Made by a program: the position numbers and the translations under genes. The notes under the pieces were generated by a model. That model searched no databases, had not been told where the DNA came from, and saw nothing but the letters and a program-made list of their open reading frames with translations. DNA of 32,000 nt. It comes from Xanthomonas campestris pv. campestris str. ATCC 33913 (lineage in GTDB: Bacteria > Pseudomonadota > Gammaproteobacteria > Xanthomonadales > Xanthomonadaceae). The stretch spans positions 2,077,436 to 2,109,435 of the forward strand of contig NC_003902.1 in NCBI RefSeq assembly GCF_000007145.1. The letters are read 5' to 3'. Positions 9,801 through 18,595 of this stretch are shown here, piece by piece (position 1 is the stretch's first letter; each line of letters starts with the position of its first letter).

Positions 9801-12800
9801 GGCGCGATGTCACGCTGAGCGCTGGTGGAAACCTCGAGAATGCTGCGCAAGTGTTTGCCGGCGGCGATTTGGCCGCACAGGCGCAGCGCATTGAAAATGC
9901 CAGCGCCGGTGTGTTGGCCGCCGAGCGGGATGTTGCGGTGGACAGTACTACGCAGCTGGTCAATGCCGGCCGCGTGCAAGCCGGTCGGGATCTTCAGATC
10001 ACCACTGCCGGCTTCGAACAGACGGGCAGCGCCTCTGCAGGCGCTGCACTGACCGCAATGATTGCAGGCGCTCTGGAAAACAGCGGCAACCTGATTGCCA
10101 AAGATGCGCTACGCGTTGATGCCGGCACGTTGCGCAGCAGCGGCCAGTTGGGCAGTGAGCGTGCCGCCGTCAGCTTGAACAGCCTGGGCGAAATGCAACT
10201 GGCGGGCGTGGTCGCTGCGGCAACCACCTTGCAGGCCACTGCAGCAACCGACCTGCAACAGGCCGGCGCGCTCAAGGCCCAGTCCATCGCACTCCAGGCT
10301 GGGCGCGATCTCGCTGCCGCCGGCACCCTGCAGTCCACATCCACGCTCGATCTGCGCGCGCAACGTGCCTTGACCATCACTGGTCAGGCATCCAGCAGCG
10401 CAGCGACTTCTCTCACCGCCGGGACGATTGCCACCGGCGTCGATGCCGTCGTGCAGAGCGGCAGCGGCATCACCCTGGACGGGCAGTCCATCGACAGCCG
10501 TGGTGCGCTCGATGCCGCCAGTGACCTGCAGATTTGCAGCACTGGCGCACTGGCGCTGGCCGGTGTTGCCCAGGCCGGGCAGGACGTGGTGCTGACCGCC
10601 GGTGGCGCCTTCGACAACGCAGCACAGGTTGTTGCGGCGCGCGATCTGCGCCTGCAGGCGGCCACTGCCAGCAATGCAGCTGGCGGAACATTGGGGGCAT
10701 TGCGCGATCTGCACGTGGAGACGGCTGGCGTGTTCGACAACGCCGGCAGCCTGCATGGCGAACGCAGCCTGGCGCTGAGCACGGGCGCGCTGCTGCAGCG
10801 TGGGCGTTTGTACAGCGGTGATGCGCTGTCGATCACTTCGCAAGGCGCATTCGACAATAGCGGCCAGTTGGTGTCCGGCAATGATCTGAGCATTACCGCA
10901 AGCCGCATCAGCAGCAATGGCCAGTTGGGATCGGTGAATGGCGCGGTGGCGCTGACCAGCCAGGGCGATGTCGACCTGAAGGGCGTGGTATCTGCCGCCA
11001 CCACCCTGCAGGCCACGGCCGGCGGGGACCTGCTACAGGCGGGCACGCTCTCTGCGCAGTCTGTGACGCTGAATGCCGGGCGCGACCTCAGCGCTTCCGG
11101 TACCTTGCAGTCTGCCTCCACCTTGGACATGCAGGCGCAGCGCGCACTGCGCATAAGTGGCCAAGCCCAGGCAAACAGCATCGCCTTGCAGGGCGGTAGC
11201 GTGGCAACAGGGACTGGCGCCGTCGTCAAGAGTGTCGGTGCGATCACGCTGGACGGCGCTGCCATCGATAGCCGCGGTACGTTGGATGCCGGTAGCGATC
11301 TGTCATTGCGCAGCACCGGTGACCTGTCTGTCGCCGGCATCGCGCAGGCAGGTCGCGACGTGGTGCTGAGCGCTGCGGGAACCGTGCAGAACGGCGGCCA
11401 GGTGGTAGCCGGTCGCGACATGTCGGTGCAGGCAGGTCGTGTCGACAACACTGCTGCCGGCGCGCTTGGTGCGGGTGGAGCACTTACCGTGGTCAGCGCT
11501 GGCGCGTTGCAGAACGACGGCGCCCTGCAGAGTGGCGGCGAGCTGCGCATGACCGCAGCAAGCCTCGATCAGAGCGGTAGCGCGTTCGCCGGCAATACGC
11601 TGGTTGCAAACATCACCGGTACGCTGGACAACCGCGGCAGTCTCACCGCCAAAAATGCATTGCAGCTGGACAGCGGTGGCTTGCGCAGCAGCGGGCAGCT
11701 GGGTAGTGAGACAGCTGGCGTCACGCTGCACAGCCGGGGCGATCTGCAGTTGCAGGGCGTTGTTGCCGCGGCGACCACCTTGCAGGCCACTGCGGTGGGC
11801 GATCTGCAACAGGCCGGCTCGCTCAAGGCGCAGTCCGTTGCGCTGCAGGCCGGCCGCGACCTGGGTATCTCCGGTACGCTGCAATCGGCATCGTTACTCG
11901 ACCTGCAGGCGCAGCGCACGCTGGGCATGACAGGGCAGGCGAGTGCCGCCGGCAATGCCAGCTTGCGCGGTGCGCAGGTGGTCACCGGTCAGGCGGCGGT
12001 GCTGCAGAGCGGTGGGGCCATCACCGTGGACGGTGCGGCGATCGATAGCCGCGGCGCGCTGGATGCAGCGACCGACCTGACGTTGCGCAGTACCGGCGAC
12101 CTTGCGGTGGCCGGCATCGCGCAGGCAGACCGCAATCTCACTTTGGCCGCCACAGGCGCGCTCAGCAATGCGGCGCAGGTCGTTGCCGGCCAGGCGCTCG
12201 GCGTCACCGCAAACAGCGCGAGCAATGCCGCGACCGGTGTACTACTCGCCCAGGGGAGCACCACGCTGGCGATCGGCGGCCTGTTCGATAACGCCGGCGC
12301 CGTGCGTGCGGGCAACCAGCTGAGCATGAACGTCGGCAGCCTGCGCCAGACCGGGCAGGCCTACGGTCTGCAGGGCCTGGGGTTGATCGCCGGCGGCGCG
12401 GTGGACAATCGTGGTGATCTGATCGGCGGTAACGCGTTGCGTGTGGAAGCGGCGCAGCTGAGCAGTAGCGGCCAGCTGGGCAGCGAGCGTGGCGATGTCG
12501 CACTGATCAGTCGCGGCAACCTGCAACTTGGCGGCACGCTCGCAGCGGCAGGGGCGTTTTCGGCCCAGGCGGATGGCGCGTTGGCGCAGAGCGGCAGCGT
12601 GAGTGCCGGCTCCAATGTGGAGCTGCGTGCGAAGGGTGACCTGAATGTTGCTGGCCAGCTTGGCGGCCAGCAGATCACCTTGAACAGCGATGCGGTCCTG
12701 CGCCAGCAAGGCGTGGTCAGCGGCACCACTGTCGGTTTGCAGGGTGCGCGTATCGAAAATGCCGGCCAGACCACAGCCTCCGGCAATCTCACCTTGCGCG

Positions 12801-15616
12801 CCGGCGACATCAGCATTGGTGGCACCGTTGGCGCCGGTATCGCAGGCGATGGCAGCTTGGGCAACGGCAACACGCTCAGCGTGATCGCAGACCGCCAACT
12901 CACTGCGTCCGGCAAGTTGCTGGCCGGCGGCAATCTCATCGCACAGGGAAGCCAGTTGCAGTTGGCCGGTGCCAGCACGCGCGTCACTGGCAACGCCAGC
13001 TTGACCACGGGCGGTGATCTGGATCATCGCGGTGGCGATCTACTTGCGGGCGGTACGCTTAGCCTGCAGGCGGGTGGCCGTATCGATCACGGTCTGCTTG
13101 GATCGGTTGGCGGAAAGCTGCAGGCCAACCAGATCAGCATCGATGGCGGCAGCTTGAACAATGCCGGCGGCCAGCTGGTGCAAAGCGGCAGCGGAGCGAC
13201 CCGCGTCGTGATCGGCGGTGCATTCGACAACACCGGCGGCACGCTGGCCAGCAATGGCCAGGATCTGACCATCAGTGCCGGCAGTGTGGAGAACGCGCAA
13301 GGCCGCATTGAACACGCCGGTGCCGGCAGTTTGTCGGTCACCAGCCGCGGCGCCTTGGGTAACAGCGGTGGGCGCCTGGTCAGCCAGGGTCAGCTATCCG
13401 TCGGCGCAAGTGCCGCGTTGAATAACCAGAGCGGCGTGATTGCCGCGGCGGGTGATGCAGTGGTTACGGCCGCCAGCCTTAACAACGTTGGCGGCTCGGT
13501 GGCAGCGCGTGGATTGACTGTGCAAACCACCGGCGCGGCCGACAATCGTAATGGCCTGCTGCAGGCCAACGGCGGTGCACTGATCCTGCGTGCAGACAGC
13601 CTCAGCAACGCCGGCGGTACCGTGCACGCACTGGCCAATGCAGGCGTAGGCGGAGGCTTGCGCGTCGAACTGACGCGTAGCCTGGATAACGGCGATGGCG
13701 TGATCGGTGCCAGCAACGATGCAGTAATCACGGCGGAAAACATCAGCAGCAGCGGTGGCAGCCTGCAAGCCGGGCGTGACCTCAATGTCACTGCGCGCGG
13801 TCAGCTGGACAATCATCAGGGTGGCAAACTCAGCGCCGGGCGCGACCTCATCGTTGTGGCGACCGGTGCGCTACTCAATAGCGGTGGCCAACTGGATGCC
13901 GGCAATGCACTGACTGCATCGGCGGGCCGGATCGACAACACTCAAGGCAGCATCGTCAACAACGGAGGCGGGCTGACCCGCATCACCACCGGCGGTGCGC
14001 TGACCAACACCAGCGGCAATCTCGGTGGGCGTGGCAGCGTGGTCATCGATGCGGCCAGCATTGCCAACAACAGCGGCCAGCTGGTCGCTGGTGGCGATTT
14101 GATTGCCAACACCAGTGCGTTGAACAACCAGGGCGGCAACGTTTACGCCGGTGCCAACTTCCGCCTGGAGCGCAGCGGCGCCACGTTGGATAACCGCAAC
14201 GGCAAGATCAAGGCCGAGCAGTCGGTCCGCCTCAATGTGCAGAGCCTGAGCAATGCGGGCGGGCAGATCGGCGCCGGCAGCACGACCGGTGGCGCTGGCG
14301 ATGTCGTGATCGATACTGTCGGCTTCGACGGTGGCGGCAGCATCCTCGCGCAGAACCTGCTCGACATGACCCTGCGCAGCGACTATACCCACCGCGCCGG
14401 GGCCGACCTCACCAGCAATGGCGATTTCAATCTGCGCGTGGGTGGCAACCTGGTCAACGAAGCCACCCTCACGGCGACGCGCCGGCTGGACATTACTGCC
14501 GGCAGCATCACCAATCGCGCCGGTGCCAACATCGCGTCCAATGACACCCGCCTCAATGGGGGCGGCGTCATCGATAACGCGGGCAGCATCTCCGGCAATG
14601 GCGCGCTGTCGCTGGTGGCGAACAGCATCAATAACACCGGCAGCATTGTCGGTGGCAATGTCTCTGTGAACACCGGCACGCTGGTCAATGGCGCGGATCT
14701 TGGTGGCGCCACCGACAACGCCGCGTACGGCTCCGCGTTGCTCGGCTCGACCGGCAACATGAGCCTTATCGTGCGCGACCAGCTGCTCAATCGCGACGCA
14801 CGCATCTTCAGCCTGGGCAATATCGCCATCGGTGGTGCGCAGGATGCCGGCGGCACGCTGGTGTCGCGCACGGGTGTGGTGAACAACTTGTCGGGCAGCA
14901 TCGAGGCGGATGGCAATATTTTGATCGCGGCGAATCAGATCAATAATCGGCGCCGTGTGGTCGATGCTAGAACCGGCCCGCTGACCGACGCTGAACGTTT
15001 TGCGGCAAATGCAGCGATGCCTGAAGATGAAATTCGGCGTGATCCCAGCCCAGGGGCGACCGTCATGGGCATTCGCTACACAGGACATCAGCCGGGGCTC
15101 TATCGTGCGTATAGCGTACGCGAGCGTGAACAGCTGATCGCCGTTAGCGCCGAAGGACGCATTGCTGCTGGCGGTAGTATCGCGTTGTCTGGATACGTGA
15201 CGAACAATGTGTCCACCATCGCCGCCGGTGGAGCGCTACTGTTAAATCAACGCGGCGTCGGTGGTTTATCGGACGCAATGCTCTCCGACAGTGACGATGT
15301 GCTCAATCAGTCGCTGGCGCTAAGGCAAGTTGTCGATTACACGGACACCGAATACAGGGCAATGCCGATCAACGGCGACTGTATGCATCGTCCCGGTCAA
15401 AATCTTCCTTGCTATTGGGAAGAGGAGGCACGCGTTTTCGGATCCGGCACATTGGACAACAGCTATCTCGCCCTCGGCGCCAGCATGACCGGTGGCCAAG
15501 GCGTCAGTATCAATGGTGCCAACATCAGTAACGGCGCAGTGGGGAGTGATGGGCGTAATGTCAGCGGCGCCTCGCTTGCAGCCGGCGTGACCTGCCCCCA
15601 TCGTCCGTACCAGTGA
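6860..15616 (+). CDS. fhaB: filamentous-haemagglutinin-like TpsA/CdiA-like exoprotein, C-terminally truncated by an IS insertion
   Basis: 2918-aa ORF. The N-terminal TPS domain is present (VVDIVAPNARGISHNRYSNFNV, LILNN, ANPNGISCDG), followed by very long Gly/Ala/Leu-rich FHA-type repeats. Native sequence ends at 15587. The last 8 codons (TCPHRPYQ) and the stop come from the IS inverted repeat. Confidence 0.9.
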   Translation: MDKQTMGMRGYVAEQCKRGLALLLCCTVTWTSFPAWAQVAPTPNPGGQQPGQQVAANGVPVVDIVAPNARGISHNRYSNFNVGPNGLILNNSAQISKTELGGYVAGNNNLQRSGAASLILNEVTSASSRLQGYTEIAGAKAQLVIANPNGISCDGCGFLNTSRVTLTTGAPNLGSDGALNGFTVTGGALSIGSNGLDAFNVDRLDLLSRQLSVGGSIWTKELVATAGTGRINYDGMLLDVLPGTDGGAPAIGIDVAQLGGMYADRIRLIATEAGVGVVSRGTLAAQSGDLQIDGAGQVSLRGTTVARDGLSARAAGDLEQSGVLGSQQGTVSLRGAQLRLGGDLVAAGALDAQASGTLTHSGRSSAGSIRLFGSQLNADGSLHTQGVLDLGADGLLRTGGVAYAGAGATLRAVRLGVSGTLQSGASISMQANEIDALGTLDAATALRVNSTGGLRLAGLAQAGQDADVQAGGPLELQGQLVAGNALSLGAGSARIAQGAAVSAGGDLAMRSVGLLETAGSAYAGRDLQVQAGALNNAGRLSAVRAAQVAVDQAVDNSGTLVAGATLRVDAGQLDSRGDVGSQAADTVVRSRSSLNLRGNTVAGAAMTLDAATTADVSGTLSAGRLDLRSGGNATLAGAIQTSSGALTVASAAALTSSGILRSTGELALQANGSLLQRGQLRSDGNLLLAGAAIDSDGTVDSGGNLRLASQGDMQLAGTLQSAGATALQASGRVHNGGAVVAVGTLGLDAAALRNAQGAALSSQGDATLRTAGLLDNAGSLSAGGNLQLTAANVVQQGSATAGNALTASVSETLDNTGSLVAKQAVQIDAGALRSNGQLGSESADVRLNSQGDMRLGGVVAAATELQAAAAGDLQQDGALRGQSVTVQAGRDLTTAGSLQSTNALDLQAQRTLTFAAQGAVGGDARLRAGTLATTDAAVLQSAGAIGLDATAIDSRGKLDAAGDLRASSQGDLRLAGVAQGGRDVTLSAGGNLENAAQVFAGGDLAAQAQRIENASAGVLAAERDVAVDSTTQLVNAGRVQAGRDLQITTAGFEQTGSASAGAALTAMIAGALENSGNLIAKDALRVDAGTLRSSGQLGSERAAVSLNSLGEMQLAGVVAAATTLQATAATDLQQAGALKAQSIALQAGRDLAAAGTLQSTSTLDLRAQRALTITGQASSSAATSLTAGTIATGVDAVVQSGSGITLDGQSIDSRGALDAASDLQICSTGALALAGVAQAGQDVVLTAGGAFDNAAQVVAARDLRLQAATASNAAGGTLGALRDLHVETAGVFDNAGSLHGERSLALSTGALLQRGRLYSGDALSITSQGAFDNSGQLVSGNDLSITASRISSNGQLGSVNGAVALTSQGDVDLKGVVSAATTLQATAGGDLLQAGTLSAQSVTLNAGRDLSASGTLQSASTLDMQAQRALRISGQAQANSIALQGGSVATGTGAVVKSVGAITLDGAAIDSRGTLDAGSDLSLRSTGDLSVAGIAQAGRDVVLSAAGTVQNGGQVVAGRDMSVQAGRVDNTAAGALGAGGALTVVSAGALQNDGALQSGGELRMTAASLDQSGSAFAGNTLVANITGTLDNRGSLTAKNALQLDSGGLRSSGQLGSETAGVTLHSRGDLQLQGVVAAATTLQATAVGDLQQAGSLKAQSVALQAGRDLGISGTLQSASLLDLQAQRTLGMTGQASAAGNASLRGAQVVTGQAAVLQSGGAITVDGAAIDSRGALDAATDLTLRSTGDLAVAGIAQADRNLTLAATGALSNAAQVVAGQALGVTANSASNAATGVLLAQGSTTLAIGGLFDNAGAVRAGNQLSMNVGSLRQTGQAYGLQGLGLIAGGAVDNRGDLIGGNALRVEAAQLSSSGQLGSERGDVALISRGNLQLGGTLAAAGAFSAQADGALAQSGSVSAGSNVELRAKGDLNVAGQLGGQQITLNSDAVLRQQGVVSGTTVGLQGARIENAGQTTASGNLTLRAGDISIGGTVGAGIAGDGSLGNGNTLSVIADRQLTASGKLLAGGNLIAQGSQLQLAGASTRVTGNASLTTGGDLDHRGGDLLAGGTLSLQAGGRIDHGLLGSVGGKLQANQISIDGGSLNNAGGQLVQSGSGATRVVIGGAFDNTGGTLASNGQDLTISAGSVENAQGRIEHAGAGSLSVTSRGALGNSGGRLVSQGQLSVGASAALNNQSGVIAAAGDAVVTAASLNNVGGSVAARGLTVQTTGAADNRNGLLQANGGALILRADSLSNAGGTVHALANAGVGGGLRVELTRSLDNGDGVIGASNDAVITAENISSSGGSLQAGRDLNVTARGQLDNHQGGKLSAGRDLIVVATGALLNSGGQLDAGNALTASAGRIDNTQGSIVNNGGGLTRITTGGALTNTSGNLGGRGSVVIDAASIANNSGQLVAGGDLIANTSALNNQGGNVYAGANFRLERSGATLDNRNGKIKAEQSVRLNVQSLSNAGGQIGAGSTTGGAGDVVIDTVGFDGGGSILAQNLLDMTLRSDYTHRAGADLTSNGDFNLRVGGNLVNEATLTATRRLDITAGSITNRAGANIASNDTRLNGGGVIDNAGSISGNGALSLVANSINNTGSIVGGNVSVNTGTLVNGADLGGATDNAAYGSALLGSTGNMSLIVRDQLLNRDARIFSLGNIAIGGAQDAGGTLVSRTGVVNNLSGSIEADGNILIAANQINNRRRVVDARTGPLTDAERFAANAAMPEDEIRRDPSPGATVMGIRYTGHQPGLYRAYSVREREQLIAVSAEGRIAAGGSIALSGYVTNNVSTIAAGGALLLNQRGVGGLSDAMLSDSDDVLNQSLALRQVVDYTDTEYRAMPINGDCMHRPGQNLPCYWEEEARVFGSGTLDNSYLALGASMTGGQGVSINGANISNGAVGSDGRNVSGASLAAGVTCPHRPYQ
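8519..12400 (+). repeat. in-frame tandem super-repeat inside fhaB, period 777 bp (259 aa), five full copies
   Basis: The repeat-unit anchor motif (V/L/F)(D/E)N-x-G starts at 8519, 9296, 10073, 10850, 11624 and 12401, giving spacings of 777, 777, 777, 774 and 777 nt. Blocks such as IDSRG-LDAA-DL...AGVAQAG-DV recur at the same offset. A more diverged copy probably sits upstream (about 7742) and a partial one downstream (to about 12650). Confidence 0.85.
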
Positions 15617-16669
15617 TTACTGATAAAGCCCGGGGTTGAAGGGTACTGCGTTGTTGGCTTGTTGTGTACGGTAGTTGGCGGCGAACTGTGCCGGCGGGAT
15701 GCGACCACAACTGCTGTGCGGCCTGATCTGGTTGTAGTGGCGTCGCCAGTCTGCGATCACGTCCCGGGCTTGTGCCAACGAGGTGAACCAGTGCTCGTTG
15801 AGGCACTCGTCGCGGAACTTGCCGTTGAAGCTTTCGATGTAGGCGTTCTGCGTGGGGGCACCCGGCTCGATCAGGATGTGCTCGATGCCATGTTGCTGCG
15901 TCCAGGCAATGAAGGCGCGACTGGTGAACTCGGGGCCATTGTCGGTGCGGACCGCGCGTGGATAGCCACGGAAACACGCCGCCTGATCGAGCAGGCGCAC
16001 TACGTAAGCCCCGCTGATGCCGTGATCCACGGCAATGTCCACGCTCTCGCGAGTGAAGTCGTCGACCACGGTCAGGCACTTGATGCGGCGTGCGTTGGCC
16101 AGCGCATCGAACACGAAGTCCATGCTCCAGGTGTCGTTCGGCATGGAGGACGCCAGCAGTTTCTGCCGCTCACCCACCGGACGCTTGGCCTTGCGCCGTT
16201 TGCGCACCTTCAGCTCGGCTTCCTCGTACAGGCGATAAATCTTTTTGTGATTCACGGATGGAAACTCCGGGCGCAACAAATCATGCAGTCGGCGATAGCC
16301 GAAGCGGCGGTGGGTCTGGGCCAGCTCGACCAGCCGCGCCGACAGCGCCTGCGTGGCTGGCGTCGGCACGGGTGCGTGGCGGAAAGCATCGCGGGACAGC
16401 CCCGCAAGGCGGCAAGCCCGGCGCTCGCTCAACGGGGTGTGTTCGAGCATTCGTCGGATTGCCTCGCGCTTGCGTTGCGGGGCTAGCGTTTTACCCCGAA
16501 GCCAACCTTCAGCGCTTCGATGTCCAGGTGCGCCTCGGCCAGCAACTTCTTCAATCGAGTGTTCTGGACCTCCAGTTCTTTCAGCCGCTTGGCCTCGTCG
16601 GCCTCCATCCCCCCGTACTTGGCCCGCCACTGATAAAAGCTGGCCGGGCTGAAACCATGCCGACGGCAC
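15617..16669 (-). CDS. IS3-family transposase OrfB (DDE integrase domain), presumably expressed as an OrfAB -1 frameshift fusion
   Basis: The ORF is in the -1 frame relative to OrfA and overlaps it at 16483-16669. The rve-type core includes WSMDFV, VDDFTRE and RTDNGPEF. I could not identify the slippery heptamer. Confidence 0.85.
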   Translation of the reverse strand: MPSAWFQPGQLLSVAGQVRGDGGRRGQAAERTGGPEHSIEEVAGRGAPGHRSAEGWLRGKTLAPQRKREAIRRMLEHTPLSERRACRLAGLSRDAFRHAPVPTPATQALSARLVELAQTHRRFGYRRLHDLLRPEFPSVNHKKIYRLYEEAELKVRKRRKAKRPVGERQKLLASSMPNDTWSMDFVFDALANARRIKCLTVVDDFTRESVDIAVDHGISGAYVVRLLDQAACFRGYPRAVRTDNGPEFTSRAFIAWTQQHGIEHILIEPGAPTQNAYIESFNGKFRDECLNEHWFTSLAQARDVIADWRRHYNQIRPHSSCGRIPPAQFAANYRTQQANNAVPFNPGLYQ

Positions 16670-16749
16670 AACTCTGCCACGGCCATGCCCGCGTCGGCCT
16701 GTTTGATAAACCCGATGATCTGCTCGGTGCTGAATCTGCTCTTCTTCAT
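16483..16749 (-). CDS. IS3-family transposase OrfA (HTH)
   Basis: 88 aa: MKKSRFSTEQIIGFIKQADAGMAVAELCRRHGFSPASFYQWRAKYGGME..., followed by a leucine-zipper-like tail. This is the typical IS3/IS407 OrfA. Confidence 0.9.
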   Translation of the reverse strand: MKKSRFSTEQIIGFIKQADAGMAVAELCRRHGFSPASFYQWRAKYGGMEADEAKRLKELEVQNTRLKKLLAEAHLDIEALKVGFGVKR

Positions 16750-17087
16750 GTCCGTCCTCTTGGGTTCACGGACTTTATAGCTTCAGCTGGTACGGCTCAG
16801 TGGGGGCAGGTCAGCAGGTCACCCTTTCCAAACAAAGAGTATTTGCCTCAGTTCTTTTTTGAAATAGCGAAAAATATTTCCGACCTTATGCTTTATCGCT
16901 ACTCTCGCGGGGATGATATCAATCTAATAGGGCGGAGATTCGATACATTGCTAGACTCATGGGAGAAATCCGTCGGGCTGGGAAATGATATCTGGGACGA
17001 AGATACTAAGCGAACTAGAACTTCCTGGGATGTCAATATTGATTTTTATTCATATTGCCTGCGCCTTGTAGGATTGTCTTTGTTGTT

Positions 17088-18595
17088 AGTCGCCCCTGAA
17101 AAACCCCCTTCAAGCACCAAGTGTCATCGGCGACAGCGGCACGGCGCTAAAGGATGGCCATCCCATCGCCCGCATCCAGGCACGCAAAAACGCGATCCAG
17201 CGCAGCAGCCAGCGCAGGTTGTAGCCGGCGGCGCAGCCGAGTACGTGCAGCGCATCGCCTTGTGCACCTTTCAGCCTGCAGCGACGCAACCTGCAGTCGT
17301 CTTTCAGATGTCCGATCACCGGTTCCACCGCCTGCCGTCGTTTGATCCAGCGCCATTGCCGTCGCGTCAGCGTCTTGGCCTTGCCACGATGGAGCACCTG
17401 CACGCCATCGACCTCGCGCCCGCGATAGCCCAGGTCCACGATCGCCACCGTCGGTTCTACGCTCAGATCCTGCAGCAACCCGCGTGTCTGCTCCAGCTGC
17501 TCGGCCAAGGTGTCGCCGTCGTACGGGTTGCCCGGGAAGCTACGCGCACCCACGACCAATCCCTTGCAGGCGGTGACCGCAATGCCGACCTTGACGCCGA
17601 ATTCGTACGCTTGACGCGCCTTGCCCTTACCGATGCATTCCACTTCCGGGGCATGCAATGCGTACAGTTTTTGTTTGTCCTTCGGACGCTGCGTGTACAG
17701 CCGTTGCGCACGTTCCAGCCAGACCGCGATGCGCTCGCGCACGCCGGGTTCCACCTGGTCCAGCTTGCGCGCGATATCGCGCAACACCCGCCCCAAGACC
17801 GTGCGTTGACGTCGCAGCACGCGCTGCATGCGCTTGAACTGGCGTGCATGCGCATAGCGGCCCGCCTTGCGGCTCAGGGCCGGACCTTGCCGTGCGTAGC
17901 TCTGCCGCAACCCGATGCCGTAACGCTTGGCCAGCAGCACCAGTTTCTTGCGTGCCACCTCCAGCAACCGACTATCGGTCGGATAGGCAATCGCCTTTTC
18001 CTGCACCGTGGTGTCCACGATCACCCGCGACAACTCGCGTGCGTCCACCGCCTGCATGGCATGTGCAGCGTTGATGGTGTGTGCCAGCAACTCTTCCATC
18101 CCCGCTTCGTCAAGCCGCTGACGCCAGCGCGTCAGCGAGCTGGCATCGCACGGCAAGCGCGTCTGGAACACGACCTCGCCAGTGAAAAACTGCCAATACG
18201 GATTTTCCAGCCAACGCTCGCACACCGCCTCATCGGACAGGTCGTAGGCGTGTTTGAGGTAGAGCAAACCGGCGATCAGCCGCACCGGCAATGCCGGCCG
18301 ACCGCCACCAGCCTGGGTGGCCGGCAAGCGCGATGAAAGTGCTTGCTCCAACGCCGTCCACGGCATCCGTTGGCTCAGCTGCGCCAGCGGATGCCGCAGA
18401 TCGATCTGGTTCTCCAGGCGCGAACGAAACAACTCCTCGGCAGGCATGTGCTCGGCAGCAGGACGGCGTGTATGCATGAGTGGAAATTGCCAGAAACCAG
18501 CCTTCAGCGTAGCGAAAACTGGTAGTTCTGGCACGCCACTGCAGACATCAAGGCCTTGCGGGCGTTGGGTGATTGGGGGTTTTTCAGGGGCGACT
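17088..18595 (-). mobile_element. IS5-family insertion sequence (about 1.5 kb)
   Basis: Perfect terminal inverted repeats: AGTCGCCCCTGAAAAACCCCC at 17088-17108 and its reverse complement at 18575-18595. Flanking duplication is TGTT (17084-17087 and 18596-18599). The boundary and duplication are ambiguous, because TTGTTAG is also repeated. It contains a single DDE transposase ORF. Confidence 0.85.
17110..18477 (-). CDS. IS5-family DDE transposase
   Basis: The tracked ORF 17110..18534 starts at a GTG. In-frame ATGs occur at 18477 (MHTRRP..) and 18447 (MPAEELFRSRLENQIDLRHPL..). The body is typical of IS5-group transposases (..VIVDTTVQEKAIAYPTDSRLL.., ..AIVDLGYRG..). Confidence 0.85.
   Translation of the reverse strand: MHTRRPAAEHMPAEELFRSRLENQIDLRHPLAQLSQRMPWTALEQALSSRLPATQAGGGRPALPVRLIAGLLYLKHAYDLSDEAVCERWLENPYWQFFTGEVVFQTRLPCDASSLTRWRQRLDEAGMEELLAHTINAAHAMQAVDARELSRVIVDTTVQEKAIAYPTDSRLLEVARKKLVLLAKRYGIGLRQSYARQGPALSRKAGRYAHARQFKRMQRVLRRQRTVLGRVLRDIARKLDQVEPGVRERIAVWLERAQRLYTQRPKDKQKLYALHAPEVECIGKGKARQAYEFGVKVGIAVTACKGLVVGARSFPGNPYDGDTLAEQLEQTRGLLQDLSVEPTVAIVDLGYRGREVDGVQVLHRGKAKTLTRRQWRWIKRRQAVEPVIGHLKDDCRLRRCRLKGAQGDALHVLGCAAGYNLRWLLRWIAFLRAWMRAMGWPSFSAVPLSPMTLGA

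Larger units (their letters stand above)
15588..16813 (-). mobile_element. IS3-family insertion sequence (IS407 group), 1226 bp
   Basis: Terminal inverted repeats: TGACCTGCCCCCA at 15588-15600 and its reverse complement at 16801-16813, with imperfect similarity extending to about 45 bp. It has the two overlapping transposase ORFs typical of IS3. The flanking 4-mers differ (GGCG vs GCAG), so there is no target-site duplication. Confidence 0.9.

Noticed and set aside
7742-14700. Regular periodic repeats that might suggest a CRISPR array or non-coding satellite.
   Set aside because: The repeats are in frame within one continuous 2918-aa ORF that has a TPS domain. The 777-bp period has no short repeat-and-spacer structure. 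They are protein-coding FHA repeats.
16483-16669. A specific -1 frameshift heptamer for the IS3 OrfAB fusion.
   Set aside because: The overlap and the -1 frame relationship are clear, but I could not find a canonical slippery motif (A AAA AAG or similar) by eye. No site is annotated.
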